Shown here: positions 19,498 to 27,978 of the stretch, one piece after another
Layout: the number at the start of each line of letters is the position of its first letter
How positions within the stretch are numbered: position 1 is the first letter of the stretch
NCBI GenBank assembly: GCA_015064745.1
Contig: SVRR01000002.1
Coordinates: 2,417 to 66,416 of the forward strand
Origin: Oscillospiraceae bacterium
Lineage (GTDB): Bacteria; Bacillota; Clostridia; Oscillospirales; CAG-272
Direction: 5' to 3'
DNA length: 64,000 bases
Made by a program: the position numbers and the translations under genes
The notes under the pieces: model-generated
What the model saw: only the letters and a program-made list of their open reading frames with translations
Databases searched by the model: none
Told to the model about the DNA's origin: nothing

Positions 19498-20571
19498 TTA
19501 AAACTTTAAGGGCAGGGGATTTTGCGCGTGCACCGTTTCAATGACGGAGATGACCTCTGCCGCCATTTCGGGGGTAACCGTCATGGGAGTACCGTCCTTG
19601 ATCTTGTGGTACAGCTGGGTGTAGAATTCGTGAACGGCAACGCCAAACGCATCTCCTTCAAAGGTGCCCTCCTCGGTGTGCTTGATGAGGTTCTCGGAGC
19701 AATAAATGGGTTCACCCTCTTCGTTAGCGATAAAGGTTTCCTTGACGGGCATTTCGGGGTTCTCACCGTCCGTGATGTAGGTCATTTTATAGGAGCGGAT
19801 GTTCGTCGTGTAGGTTCCCTTCGTGCCTTGGAGCTTGATATGATAGTCCGAATATGCGTCCAGCTGGCTGACCTCAATGTCCACAGAAGGACGGCCGTCC
19901 GCAACGAGCAGGATCTTCGCGTAGTCGTCGGCGTCACCGCTCGAAAGAGGCGATGCTACAAGCTTGCTGTAAGCAACGCGCGTGCTCTTGTCAAAATCGA
20001 GCAAACCGAGTGCAAGACCGATGGGGTGAGGACCCGTGTTGTAGGTGCTGCCCGCGCATCTTTTTTGAAGCGTCTGCCAGTCCCAACGTCTGCCAAAGCC
20101 GCAATAGCGAATGTTGACTGCAACGATGTCACCGAGCTTGCCCGATTTGACAAGGTTGTAGGTGAAGGGATAGAAGGGTGCGAGGAAGGACTGCTGGAAT
20201 ACGGCAAGCGTCACACCCTTTTCCTCTGCGATGCGGATCAGCTCGTCACACTCATAGCGGGTGCGTCCGAAGGGCTTCTCAACAAGCACGTTCTTGCCTG
20301 CCAGCAAAAGCTCCTTGGTGATAGGGGCGTGCATTTCGGAATAGGTGGAGTTGACCACGAGGTCGATATCGTCAAGCTTAAACAGCTCGTGATAGTCTGC
20401 AAACGTCTTGCAGCCGGGGTAACGGGTTTCGGCAACCTTGCGTCTGCGCTCGTCAAGGTCAACGACGTAAGCAACCTCCCAAAGGGTGTTGTTTTCGCTA
20501 ATCAAAAATTTACCGTGAATGTTTTTGCCGCTGCGTCCCTGACCGATGATGGCAAGTCTTAATTTTTCCAT
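19498..20571 (-). CDS. Gfo/Idh/MocA family oxidoreductase
   Basis: 357 aa with LRLAIIGQGRSG Rossmann motif and EKPF motif (VLVEKPFG). Confidence 0.85.
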   Translation of the reverse strand: MEKLRLAIIGQGRSGKNIHGKFLISENNTLWEVAYVVDLDERRRKVAETRYPGCKTFADYHELFKLDDIDLVVNSTYSEMHAPITKELLLAGKNVLVEKPFGRTRYECDELIRIAEEKGVTLAVFQQSFLAPFYPFTYNLVKSGKLGDIVAVNIRYCGFGRRWDWQTLQKRCAGSTYNTGPHPIGLALGLLDFDKSTRVAYSKLVASPLSSGDADDYAKILLVADGRPSVDIEVSQLDAYSDYHIKLQGTKGTYTTNIRSYKMTYITDGENPEMPVKETFIANEEGEPIYCSENLIKHTEEGTFEGDAFGVAVHEFYTQLYHKIKDGTPMTVTPEMAAEVISVIETVHAQNPLPLKF

Positions 20572-20693
20572 GTGCTTTCTCCTTGAATGTTTTAGAAATC
20601 AAATTTTCAGACGTAGAAACATAGAGCATCCCTACGTTTTTATTTTACAATATTTTTTTTACAAAGTAAATTGCAAAAAAATTCAATTTTCCA

Positions 20694-20722
20694 TTGCATT
20701 TTTTGAACTGTTTTGCTATAAT
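20694..20722 (+). promoter_or_regulatory. Predicted sigma-A promoter of the AraC regulator
   Basis: TTGCAT, 17-nt spacer, TGcTATAAT (extended -10). Confidence 0.5.
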
Positions 20723-20743
20723 GATACAAAAGGGGGCGGAAAC

Positions 20744-21535
20744 GTGAAAATCAACGATTATTTATGGGAAACGGACAAGCCGTTTTATAAGCACGAGCTT
20801 ACGAAAGACCTTGTTCCCAACGTATATTCGGTGCACACGCACAACAATTACGAGCTTTTATATTTCGTCAATGGAGATGCAACCTACGTCATAGAAGACA
20901 GAAAATATAAACTGAAAGCGGGCGATCTCGTTTTGATCCGTCCCTTTTTGCATCACCTTGTGCAAATTGATTCCACGACGGATTACGAAAGATACGATAT
21001 TCTTTTCAATCCTGAAAGACACGGCGTGGAAAGTGCGCTTTTACTTCCCGAGGACGTAACGATCGTTAATCTTTCGGAAAACCCTCTTGCTGCTGACATT
21101 TTCAAGCGCTGTGATTTTTACAGGAAAAACGCTAAGGACGAGTTTTTTTTCCCTATCCTTTTACACATGCTCTCGGAGCTTTTTTACAATCTTCTCGTCT
21201 TTCCCCAAGCAAACCCCGAATTCGGTAACGTCGTTTCTCCTCTGCTCTCCGATGCGTTGAAATATATCAATGAAAACCTCTTCACCTTGGAGGGAACGCG
21301 GGAGATCGCGGATGCGCTCTTTGTCAGCGAAAGCTATCTTTGCCGTGTGTTTAAAAAAGAACTGCATCAGAGTCCTAAGCGCTATGTGCGGGACAAACGC
21401 CTTTTAACGGCAGAACGCATGATCTCTTTCGGCGAGCATCCGACGGCTGCGGCTGTCAAATGCGGCTTCGGCGATTATACGACGTTTTACCGCAATTTCG
21501 TTTCCTTCTTCGGAAGGACACCGTCAAGCAGATAA
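20744..21535 (+). CDS. AraC-family transcriptional regulator with N-terminal cupin domain
   Basis: GTG start behind AAAGGGGG. Cupin (VHTHNNYELLYFVNGD) plus C-terminal double HTH (SESYLCRVFKK...FGDYTTFYRNF). The track ORF start at 20546 lies in the promoter region. Confidence 0.85.
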   Translation: MKINDYLWETDKPFYKHELTKDLVPNVYSVHTHNNYELLYFVNGDATYVIEDRKYKLKAGDLVLIRPFLHHLVQIDSTTDYERYDILFNPERHGVESALLLPEDVTIVNLSENPLAADIFKRCDFYRKNAKDEFFFPILLHMLSELFYNLLVFPQANPEFGNVVSPLLSDALKYINENLFTLEGTREIADALFVSESYLCRVFKKELHQSPKRYVRDKRLLTAERMISFGEHPTAAAVKCGFGDYTTFYRNFVSFFGRTPSSR

Positions 21536-21571
21536 AAAAGAACCGATTTCCTTTCGGAAATCGGTTCTTTG
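21534..21571. terminator. Bidirectional terminator
   Basis: A6 + GAACCGATTTCC-TTTC-GGAAATCGGTTC + TTT. Confidence 0.75.
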
Positions 21572-21573
21572 GT

Positions 21574-22737
21574 TTAGAAATTGAAAATGGCAAAATCGGC
21601 GGTGGGAATCGTTACACGGTAGGTTTTATCGTCGATCCTTTCAAGCTCCATTTTGCCGATGGCAGACTTGAGGACGGAAAGCTCTCCGTCTTTCAAAGTG
21701 ACCGTTACGCGCTTGTCGTAGTCGTGGTTGACGGTGTCGCCCTTGTCCGACGAGCGCTCGTTGCCCTCGTTGTTAAAGATGGAAAGATAGCGGCGTCCGT
21801 CGTCTCCCACCGATACGAGCCAATGGAGTCCGTCAACGAAGACGGGCATTGTTTCGGGAACGAGGCGGTCAAGCTCTGCCTTGAGTACATAAATATCGCC
21901 GCTCTCAAGAATCTTGTAACCTTGTCCCATCTTTGCTCTTGCGAACTTCCCCTCAGCCGTTGCATCATCAAGGAGTCGTTAATGAATTTCTTTTTCAGCT
22001 CCCCATACGGAGTAAGCGCGTACTCCTTTTGTGCGAGCCTCTCGCGATACCGCGCGCAAGCGCGACGGCAAGGCGGGTAAGAGAGATCTGTTGACCGATC
22101 TCGTGCATAAATACCTTCATACCCAGATCGTCCTGCATCTTGGTAAAGAGCATTCCCGAGTCAACGGGGAGAATGCAGTTTGCCGTCATTTCCATGCGCG
22201 ACGCAAAGAAATTGCGGATTTCCGTTTCGTAGTCCTTCACTGTTTCGGCGTAGGTGAGCGCCGCGTATTCCTCAGGCGTGCCTTGAGAGAAGTTTACCAG
22301 TTGCTCGCCTTCGTCGGTAAATGCGTAATCGCACATCAGCTTTTCTCTGATCTCTTCAACAGTGAATCGGCTTTTCTCGCCGAGAACGCGGCGCATGAGT
22401 CCCCAGTCGTTGTTTCTGCGGTTGGATACGCTCTCGTGGAGCTGAAAGCCCAAAAATTCATCGCCGAGGGCGTTTTTATATGCTTCGATCAGTGCCTTGT
22501 CGAAGGTGTAGGACAGCCAATAGACGGTGCCGCCCGCCAAACGGTCAATATAAAAGGGAATATGATTTTCGGTAATTAAGCTGTAAAAGGGAGTGCCCTT
22601 CGCGGCGTATTCGTTAAAAAGGTATTTTCTCGGGATGGGAAAATCGTGCTGTAGCTTGAAGCCGCTTTCGCTGTTCAAAAGTCCGTTCTTTTCAAGACCC
22701 TTGACCCAATCGTCACGGTAAACGTGAAAAACTTCAT
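21574..22737 (-). pseudogene. Degraded paralog of the about 583-aa hypothetical enzyme at 59751-61502
   Basis: Track ORFs 21995-22678 and 21574-21930 align to the N- and C-terminal parts of the other copy. T5 instead of T6 after ATGAAG shifts the frame at codon 4. There is a further frameshift near ALARGIAR, an in-frame TAA (EKEIH*RLLDDATAEGKF), and about 200 central codons are deleted. Confidence 0.75.
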
Positions 22738-22760
22738 TGCTTCAATATCCTTTCTTTGGG

Positions 22761-23537
22761 TTATCCAAGCATAAAATCAAATCCAAGCATCAGGCAGAAT
22801 CCGAATAGAAGGGCATAGGTCGCTCCCTTTTCCGAGCCGTGTGCGTGGGTCTCGGGGATCATCTCATCGCTGATGACGTAGAGCATCGTGCCGCCCGCAA
22901 AGGCAAGCGCAAAGGGTAGGATGGCGGATGCGATGCTGACGGCGAAAAAGCCGATAAAGGTACCGACTACCTCGATAAATCCCGTGAGCGACGCATAAAG
23001 GAAGGTGCGCTTCGGTGAGATGCCCGACGCGAGCATTGGGGCGACGATCACCATGCCCTCGGGAATGTTTTGAAGCGCGATACCTGCGGCAAGCATCAAG
23101 GCGTCTGCCGTGTTTCCCGTACCGAAGCCGACGCCTGCGGCAATGCCCTCGGGGAGGTTATGAATGGCGATGGCAAGCACGAACAAGAGGATTTTGCTTG
23201 CCTTATCGCTTTTGATCTGTCCGCAATCGGAGTGAAGATCCGGCTCCTTGCCGGCGAGCTTGTGCAGATGCGGCACCAGTTTATCGATCAGGTCAAGCAC
23301 GGCGGCACCCGCAAAAATGCCGAGGACGACGATGAGAAGATCGGTCCATTTGCCGTTACCGTGCTCCAAAGCGGGTAAAACAAGCCCCAGCACCGCCGCA
23401 GCAAGCATGACGCCCGCGGCAAAGGATAAAACGATGTCGCTGAACTTGTGCGAGATCTTTTTAAAAAGAAAGCCGATAACTACACCGAATATGGTGGCAC
23501 CGCCCACACCGAGGGCGGTTAAAATGACTGGATGCAT
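22761..23537 (-). CDS. zupT: ZIP-family divalent metal transporter
   Basis: 258 aa, multi-TM, with AIAIHNLPEGIAAGVGF and QNIPEGMV motifs. Confidence 0.85.
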   Translation of the reverse strand: MHPVILTALGVGGATIFGVVIGFLFKKISHKFSDIVLSFAAGVMLAAAVLGLVLPALEHGNGKWTDLLIVVLGIFAGAAVLDLIDKLVPHLHKLAGKEPDLHSDCGQIKSDKASKILLFVLAIAIHNLPEGIAAGVGFGTGNTADALMLAAGIALQNIPEGMVIVAPMLASGISPKRTFLYASLTGFIEVVGTFIGFFAVSIASAILPFALAFAGGTMLYVISDEMIPETHAHGSEKGATYALLFGFCLMLGFDFMLG

Positions 23538-23595
23538 AGCGTTACCTCAAAAAAGTGTGTCGTTGTCAGTATATGCTATACCGAAAAATTGTTAT

Positions 23596-23631
23596 AAAAA
23601 AGAGGGATTTTTCAAAAAGTCCCTCTTTTTG
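23596..23631 (-). terminator. valS terminator
   Basis: Minus strand: AAAAAGAGGGAC-loop-TCCCTCTTTTTT. Confidence 0.7.
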
Positions 23632-23635
23632 CTTT

Positions 23636-26263
23636 TTAGCCTAATTTTTTGAGCTCCGCAAGCAGGGATTCCTTGGTCGCTTCGTATTTCGCGAGCTTTT
23701 CCTTTTCCTGCGCGACGACTGCCTCGGGTGCTTTCGCGAGGAAGCCTTCGTTCGAAAGCTTGCCCGAGAGACGGCGGATCTCGCCCTCCACTCTTTCAAG
23801 CTCCTTTGAAAGACGTGCCTTTTCCTTTTCAAAGTCGATCATATCGGCAAGAGGAATATAAACGGTAACGGCATCGGTGACGATGGAAACGGCACCCTCG
23901 TCCTCGTAGGCTTCGGGGAAGAGCACCTCGGATGCGCCCGCGAGCTTGCGGAAAAAGCCTTCCGCAGCACGGAAGATCTCCTCATCCTTAGAGACCATGT
24001 AAAGCTTGGTCTTGCGCGAGGGGATCACGTTCATCTCGGCACGGCGCGCGCGGATGGCGCGGATCGCGTCAAGCACCTTTTCCATAGCCGCCTCTTCCTC
24101 AGGGAAGAGCAACGCTTCGTCAAAGGCGGGGTAGGCGCTGATCATAATGCTCTCATCGTCGTGCGGGAGCGCCCCGTAGATCTCCTCGGTAATAAAAGGC
24201 ATATAAGGATGGAGGAGCTTTAAAATGCCTGTCAAAACGTAGCCGAGCACCGAGATGGCGGTCTTTGCTTCCTTCGAGCCCGTCTCGTAGAGGCGGTTCT
24301 TCGAAAGCTCAATATACCAGTCGCAGAAGACGTCCCAAGCAAAATCGTAAACGAGTGCCAGGGCGACGCCCAGCTCGTAGCGGTCAATGTTTTCGCGCAC
24401 CTCCTTGGCAAGACGGTTGAAGCGCGAGAGGATCCACTTGTCCTCCAGCGCAAGCTCGTCCATGGGAGGAAGCTTGCAGGTGCTTTCGTCGTCCATGTTC
24501 ATAAGGACAAAGCGGGAGGCGTTCCAGAGCTTGTTGGCAAAATTGCGCGCCGATTCGATCTTTTCATCCGAGAAGCGCATATCGTTGCCGGGCGCGTTGC
24601 CGCTGGCAAGTGCAAAGCGAAGCGCGTCAGCGCCGTATTTCTCGATGATCTCCAAGGGATCGATGCCGTTGCCGAGAGATTTTGACATCTTTCGACCCTT
24701 AGCATCGCGGACGAGACCGTGGATAAAGACGGTGTCAAAGGGCTTTTCCCCCATATGCTCCATGCCGGAGAAGATCATTCGGGCAACCCAGAAGAAGATG
24801 ATATCGTAGCCGGTGACAAGCACGCTCGTCGGATAGTAGCGCGCGAGGTCCTCGGTCTTGTCGGGCCATCCCATCGTGGAGAAGGGCCAAAGCGCCGAAG
24901 AGAACCAGGTGTCAAGCACGTCCTCTTCCTGACGGACGGGCTTTCCGCACTTGGGACATACGGTGATATCCGTCTTGGAAACGGTCATTTCGCCGCACGC
25001 GTCGCAATAGAAGGCGGGAATACGGTGACCCCACCAAAGCTGACGGGAAATGCACCAGTCGTGCACATTCTCCATCCAGTTTACGTAGGTCTTAGTAAAG
25101 CGCTCGGGCTCAAACTTGATGTCGCCCGAAAGCACTACGTCGAGCGCGGGCTTGGCAAGCGGCGCCATCTTGACGAACCACTGGTCGGAGGTGAGGGGCT
25201 CAACGGTCGTTCCGCAACGGTAGCAGGTGCCGACGTTATGAGAGTAGTCCTCTACCTTCACAAGGTAGCCGCCCTCTTCGAGATCCTGCACGATGGCTTC
25301 TCTCGCCGCGTAACGGTCCATATCCTTATACTTGCCGCCCTCGGCGTTGATCGTACCGTCATCGTTCATCACGCGGATGACGGGCAGGTCGTGTCTCTTG
25401 CCTACCTCAAAGTCGTTGGGGTCGTGCGCGGGAGTGATCTTCACACAGCCCGTACCGAAATCCTTTTCGACGTACTCGTCCGCGACGATGGGGATCTCGC
25501 GTCCCACGAGAGGTAATACGAGCATCTTGCCCACGAGCTTGGTGTAACGCTCATCCTCGGGATTGACGGCAACGGCGGTATCGCCGAGCAGCGTTTCGGG
25601 ACGGGTCGTTGCGATGGTCAGATAATCGTCCGTGCCCTTAATGGGGTAACGGATGTGCCAAAAATGACCTGCCTGCTCACTGTATTCTACCTCGGCATCG
25701 GAAAGCGCGGTGCGGCAGTTGGGACACCAGTTGATGATGCGGAAGCCGCGATAGATGAGTCCCTTTTCATAGAGATTCACGAACACCTCGCGCACAGCAC
25801 GGGAGCAGCCCTCGTCCATTGTGAAGCGCTCACGGCTGAAATCGCAAGACGAGCCGAGCTTCTTTAATTGGTTGATGATACGGGAGCCGAACTTGTTTTT
25901 CCAATCCCAAACCTTTTCAAGAAACTTTTCTCTGCCGAGATCATATCGGGTAAGCCCTTCGTTTACGCGAAGGCTTTCCTCTACCTTGATCTGCGTCGCG
26001 ATGCCCGCGTGGTCGGTGCCGGGCACCCAAAGGGTGCTATATCCCTGCATTCTCTTGGCACGCACGAGAATATCTTGGAGTGTTTCGTCCAGCGCGTGTC
26101 CCATATGAAGCTGTCCCGTGACGTTCGGCGGAGGAATAACGACAGAGAAAGCAGGCTTGTTTTTGTCAGGGTCGGGCTTAAAATATCCCGACGAGAGCCA
26201 ATGCTCGTACAGTCTGTCCTCAAACGACGCGGGGTCATAGGTCTTTGAAAGCTCTTTTTTCAT
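23636..26263 (-). CDS. valS: Valine--tRNA ligase
   Basis: 875 aa with [13 protein letters not shown] and KMSKSLGN class I motifs and a C-terminal coiled coil. Confidence 0.97.
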   Translation of the reverse strand: MKKELSKTYDPASFEDRLYEHWLSSGYFKPDPDKNKPAFSVVIPPPNVTGQLHMGHALDETLQDILVRAKRMQGYSTLWVPGTDHAGIATQIKVEESLRVNEGLTRYDLGREKFLEKVWDWKNKFGSRIINQLKKLGSSCDFSRERFTMDEGCSRAVREVFVNLYEKGLIYRGFRIINWCPNCRTALSDAEVEYSEQAGHFWHIRYPIKGTDDYLTIATTRPETLLGDTAVAVNPEDERYTKLVGKMLVLPLVGREIPIVADEYVEKDFGTGCVKITPAHDPNDFEVGKRHDLPVIRVMNDDGTINAEGGKYKDMDRYAAREAIVQDLEEGGYLVKVEDYSHNVGTCYRCGTTVEPLTSDQWFVKMAPLAKPALDVVLSGDIKFEPERFTKTYVNWMENVHDWCISRQLWWGHRIPAFYCDACGEMTVSKTDITVCPKCGKPVRQEEDVLDTWFSSALWPFSTMGWPDKTEDLARYYPTSVLVTGYDIIFFWVARMIFSGMEHMGEKPFDTVFIHGLVRDAKGRKMSKSLGNGIDPLEIIEKYGADALRFALASGNAPGNDMRFSDEKIESARNFANKLWNASRFVLMNMDDESTCKLPPMDELALEDKWILSRFNRLAKEVRENIDRYELGVALALVYDFAWDVFCDWYIELSKNRLYETGSKEAKTAISVLGYVLTGILKLLHPYMPFITEEIYGALPHDDESIMISAYPAFDEALLFPEEEAAMEKVLDAIRAIRARRAEMNVIPSRKTKLYMVSKDEEIFRAAEGFFRKLAGASEVLFPEAYEDEGAVSIVTDAVTVYIPLADMIDFEKEKARLSKELERVEGEIRRLSGKLSNEGFLAKAPEAVVAQEKEKLAKYEATKESLLAELKKLG

Positions 26264-26297
26264 GGTAATTTTCCTTTCGGATTATGATATGCGCCGC

Positions 26298-27695
26298 TCA
26301 GATACCGAGGAAGGTACGTGCGACGGCAAAATAAACGAGGAGTGAAACAGCGTCCACAAGCGTGGTAATAAAGGGACTTGCCATGACCGCGGGGTCAAGA
26401 TGCACCTGCTTCGCGAGAATAGGAAGAATACATCCGATAAGCTTTGCGGCAACGACGGTCACGAGCAGGGTAAGCGAAACGACAAGCGCAACGGTGGGTG
26501 TCACCTGCGGATTACCCATAAGATAAGCGTCCACCAGCATCACCTTCGCAAAGGTGGCGGCGGCAAGACAAATACCGCAAAGCACCGCAACGCGCAGCTC
26601 CTTAAACAGCACGCGCAGGGTATCCTTGAATTCAATCTCACCGAGAGAGATACCGCGGATAACGGTGGTAGACGACTGACTGCCCGAGTTACCGCCCGTG
26701 CCCATCAGCATGGGAATGAAGGCGGTAAGCGCGACGCAAGCGGCGAGGGCGCTCTCAAAGCCCGAAATGATCATGCCGGTGAAGGTCGCGGAAAGCATCA
26801 GGATCAGAAGCCACGGGATACGCGAAACGAAAATACGGAAAACCCCCGTACGAAGATAAGGTTCCTCGGTCGGCGTGACGGCTGCCATCACCGCGAAGTC
26901 CTCCTCCGCCTCCTCGTGCATGACGTCCAGTGCGTCGTCGACGGTGATGATGCCGACGAGACGGTTTTCGGCATCCACCACAGGCAAAGCAAGAAAGCCG
27001 TATTTGTTAAACATTAGGGCGACCTCTTCTCGGTCGGCGTGTGTCTCTATCGAGACGACGTTCTCCTCCATGATCTCGGAAAGGGAGGCGTCGGGCTCGG
27101 ATAAAAGAAGCGTCTTGACGGTGATGACGCCCTCAAGACGGCGCCCCTCGTCGGTGACGTAGCAGGTATAGACTGTCTCACGGTCAATGGCAACGCGGCG
27201 GATCGCGAGGAAGGCCTCCTCCACCGTCATATCCTTACGCAGACGGACAAACTCGGTGGTCATCACGCTTCCCGCCGAGTCCTCGGGATATTTGAGAAGC
27301 TCGTTGATCTGTTTTCTCGCCTCGGGCGGAGAAAGCCTTAAAATACGTGCCACGACGTTCGCGGGCATCTCCTCAATGATATCGACGGTATCGTCCATAT
27401 ACAATTCGGAAAAGACCTCGCCGAGCTCGCGGTCGGAGAAGGAATAGAGAAGTCTCTCTTGGGCGTCGGTGTCCATTTCGACGAACACGTCGGCTGCCAT
27501 TTCCTTCGGTAAAATGCGGAAAAGAAGCGGATCCTTGTCGTCGGGAATATCCAAGAACAGCTCTGCGATATCCGCAGCGGGAAAATCGGAGAGCAGCTCG
27601 CGCAGTTGCGAGAACTGCTTTTCCTCCATCATCTGTACAACAGCCTCCGCATTCGGACGGCCGTCTTCATTCAAAAAAACAATTTTTTCTTCCAT
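26298..27695 (-). CDS. mgtE: Magnesium transporter MgtE
   Basis: 465 aa with MgtE N-domain, CBS pair and 5-TM C-terminus (GNSGSQSS). Only 34 nt separate it from valS. Confidence 0.95.
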   Translation of the reverse strand: MEEKIVFLNEDGRPNAEAVVQMMEEKQFSQLRELLSDFPAADIAELFLDIPDDKDPLLFRILPKEMAADVFVEMDTDAQERLLYSFSDRELGEVFSELYMDDTVDIIEEMPANVVARILRLSPPEARKQINELLKYPEDSAGSVMTTEFVRLRKDMTVEEAFLAIRRVAIDRETVYTCYVTDEGRRLEGVITVKTLLLSEPDASLSEIMEENVVSIETHADREEVALMFNKYGFLALPVVDAENRLVGIITVDDALDVMHEEAEEDFAVMAAVTPTEEPYLRTGVFRIFVSRIPWLLILMLSATFTGMIISGFESALAACVALTAFIPMLMGTGGNSGSQSSTTVIRGISLGEIEFKDTLRVLFKELRVAVLCGICLAAATFAKVMLVDAYLMGNPQVTPTVALVVSLTLLVTVVAAKLIGCILPILAKQVHLDPAVMASPFITTLVDAVSLLVYFAVARTFLGI

Positions 27696-27749
27696 GGTGC
27701 GTGTCCTCCCTTCGATGATTTTTGGGAGTAGCGTGCGGAAGGGGATAAG

Positions 27750-27845
27750 TCAGAGATGCTCGTGACGAGGCGTGCCCGTGTAAGCATCAAAATTTAAAGG
27801 TCCTTCAAGTCCGCCTTCCGCCCGTATACTGCCGGCATCGCTCAT
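27750..27845 (-). CDS. Candidate 31-codon leader/small ORF upstream of mgtE
   Basis: AAAGGAG plus 8 nt plus ATG. MSDAGSIRAEGGLEGPLNFDAYTGTPRHEHL, TGA stop 55 nt before the mgtE ATG. Too short for the ORF track; hand-translated. Confidence 0.35.
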   Translation of the reverse strand: MSDAGSIRAEGGLEGPLNFDAYTGTPRHEHL

Positions 27846-27899
27846 CGCTTTGATCTCCTTTTTACGTTATTTGTATGCATAAAAATAACATACCATAAT

Positions 27900-27928
27900 A
27901 TTATAACATTCTTTTTCGGTTTCGTCAA
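27900..27928 (-). promoter_or_regulatory. Near-consensus sigma-A promoter for small ORF-mgtE-valS
   Basis: Minus strand: TTGACG, 17-nt spacer, TATAAT. Confidence 0.6.
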
Positions 27929-27978
27929 TCGTATTTTTGCAAAAAAAAGGATTTTTTTATGCGTGGGTAAAAAAACGC

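Noticed and set aside
27696-27928. M-box (ykoK) riboswitch or T-box leader upstream of mgtE-valS.
   Set aside because: I looked for GGUGAGGC-type M-box core elements, and for AGAGA/specifier and T-box (GGUGGUACCGCG-like) elements, on the minus strand. I found none. This needs covariance-model confirmation, and it is reported as a leader-ORF finding instead.
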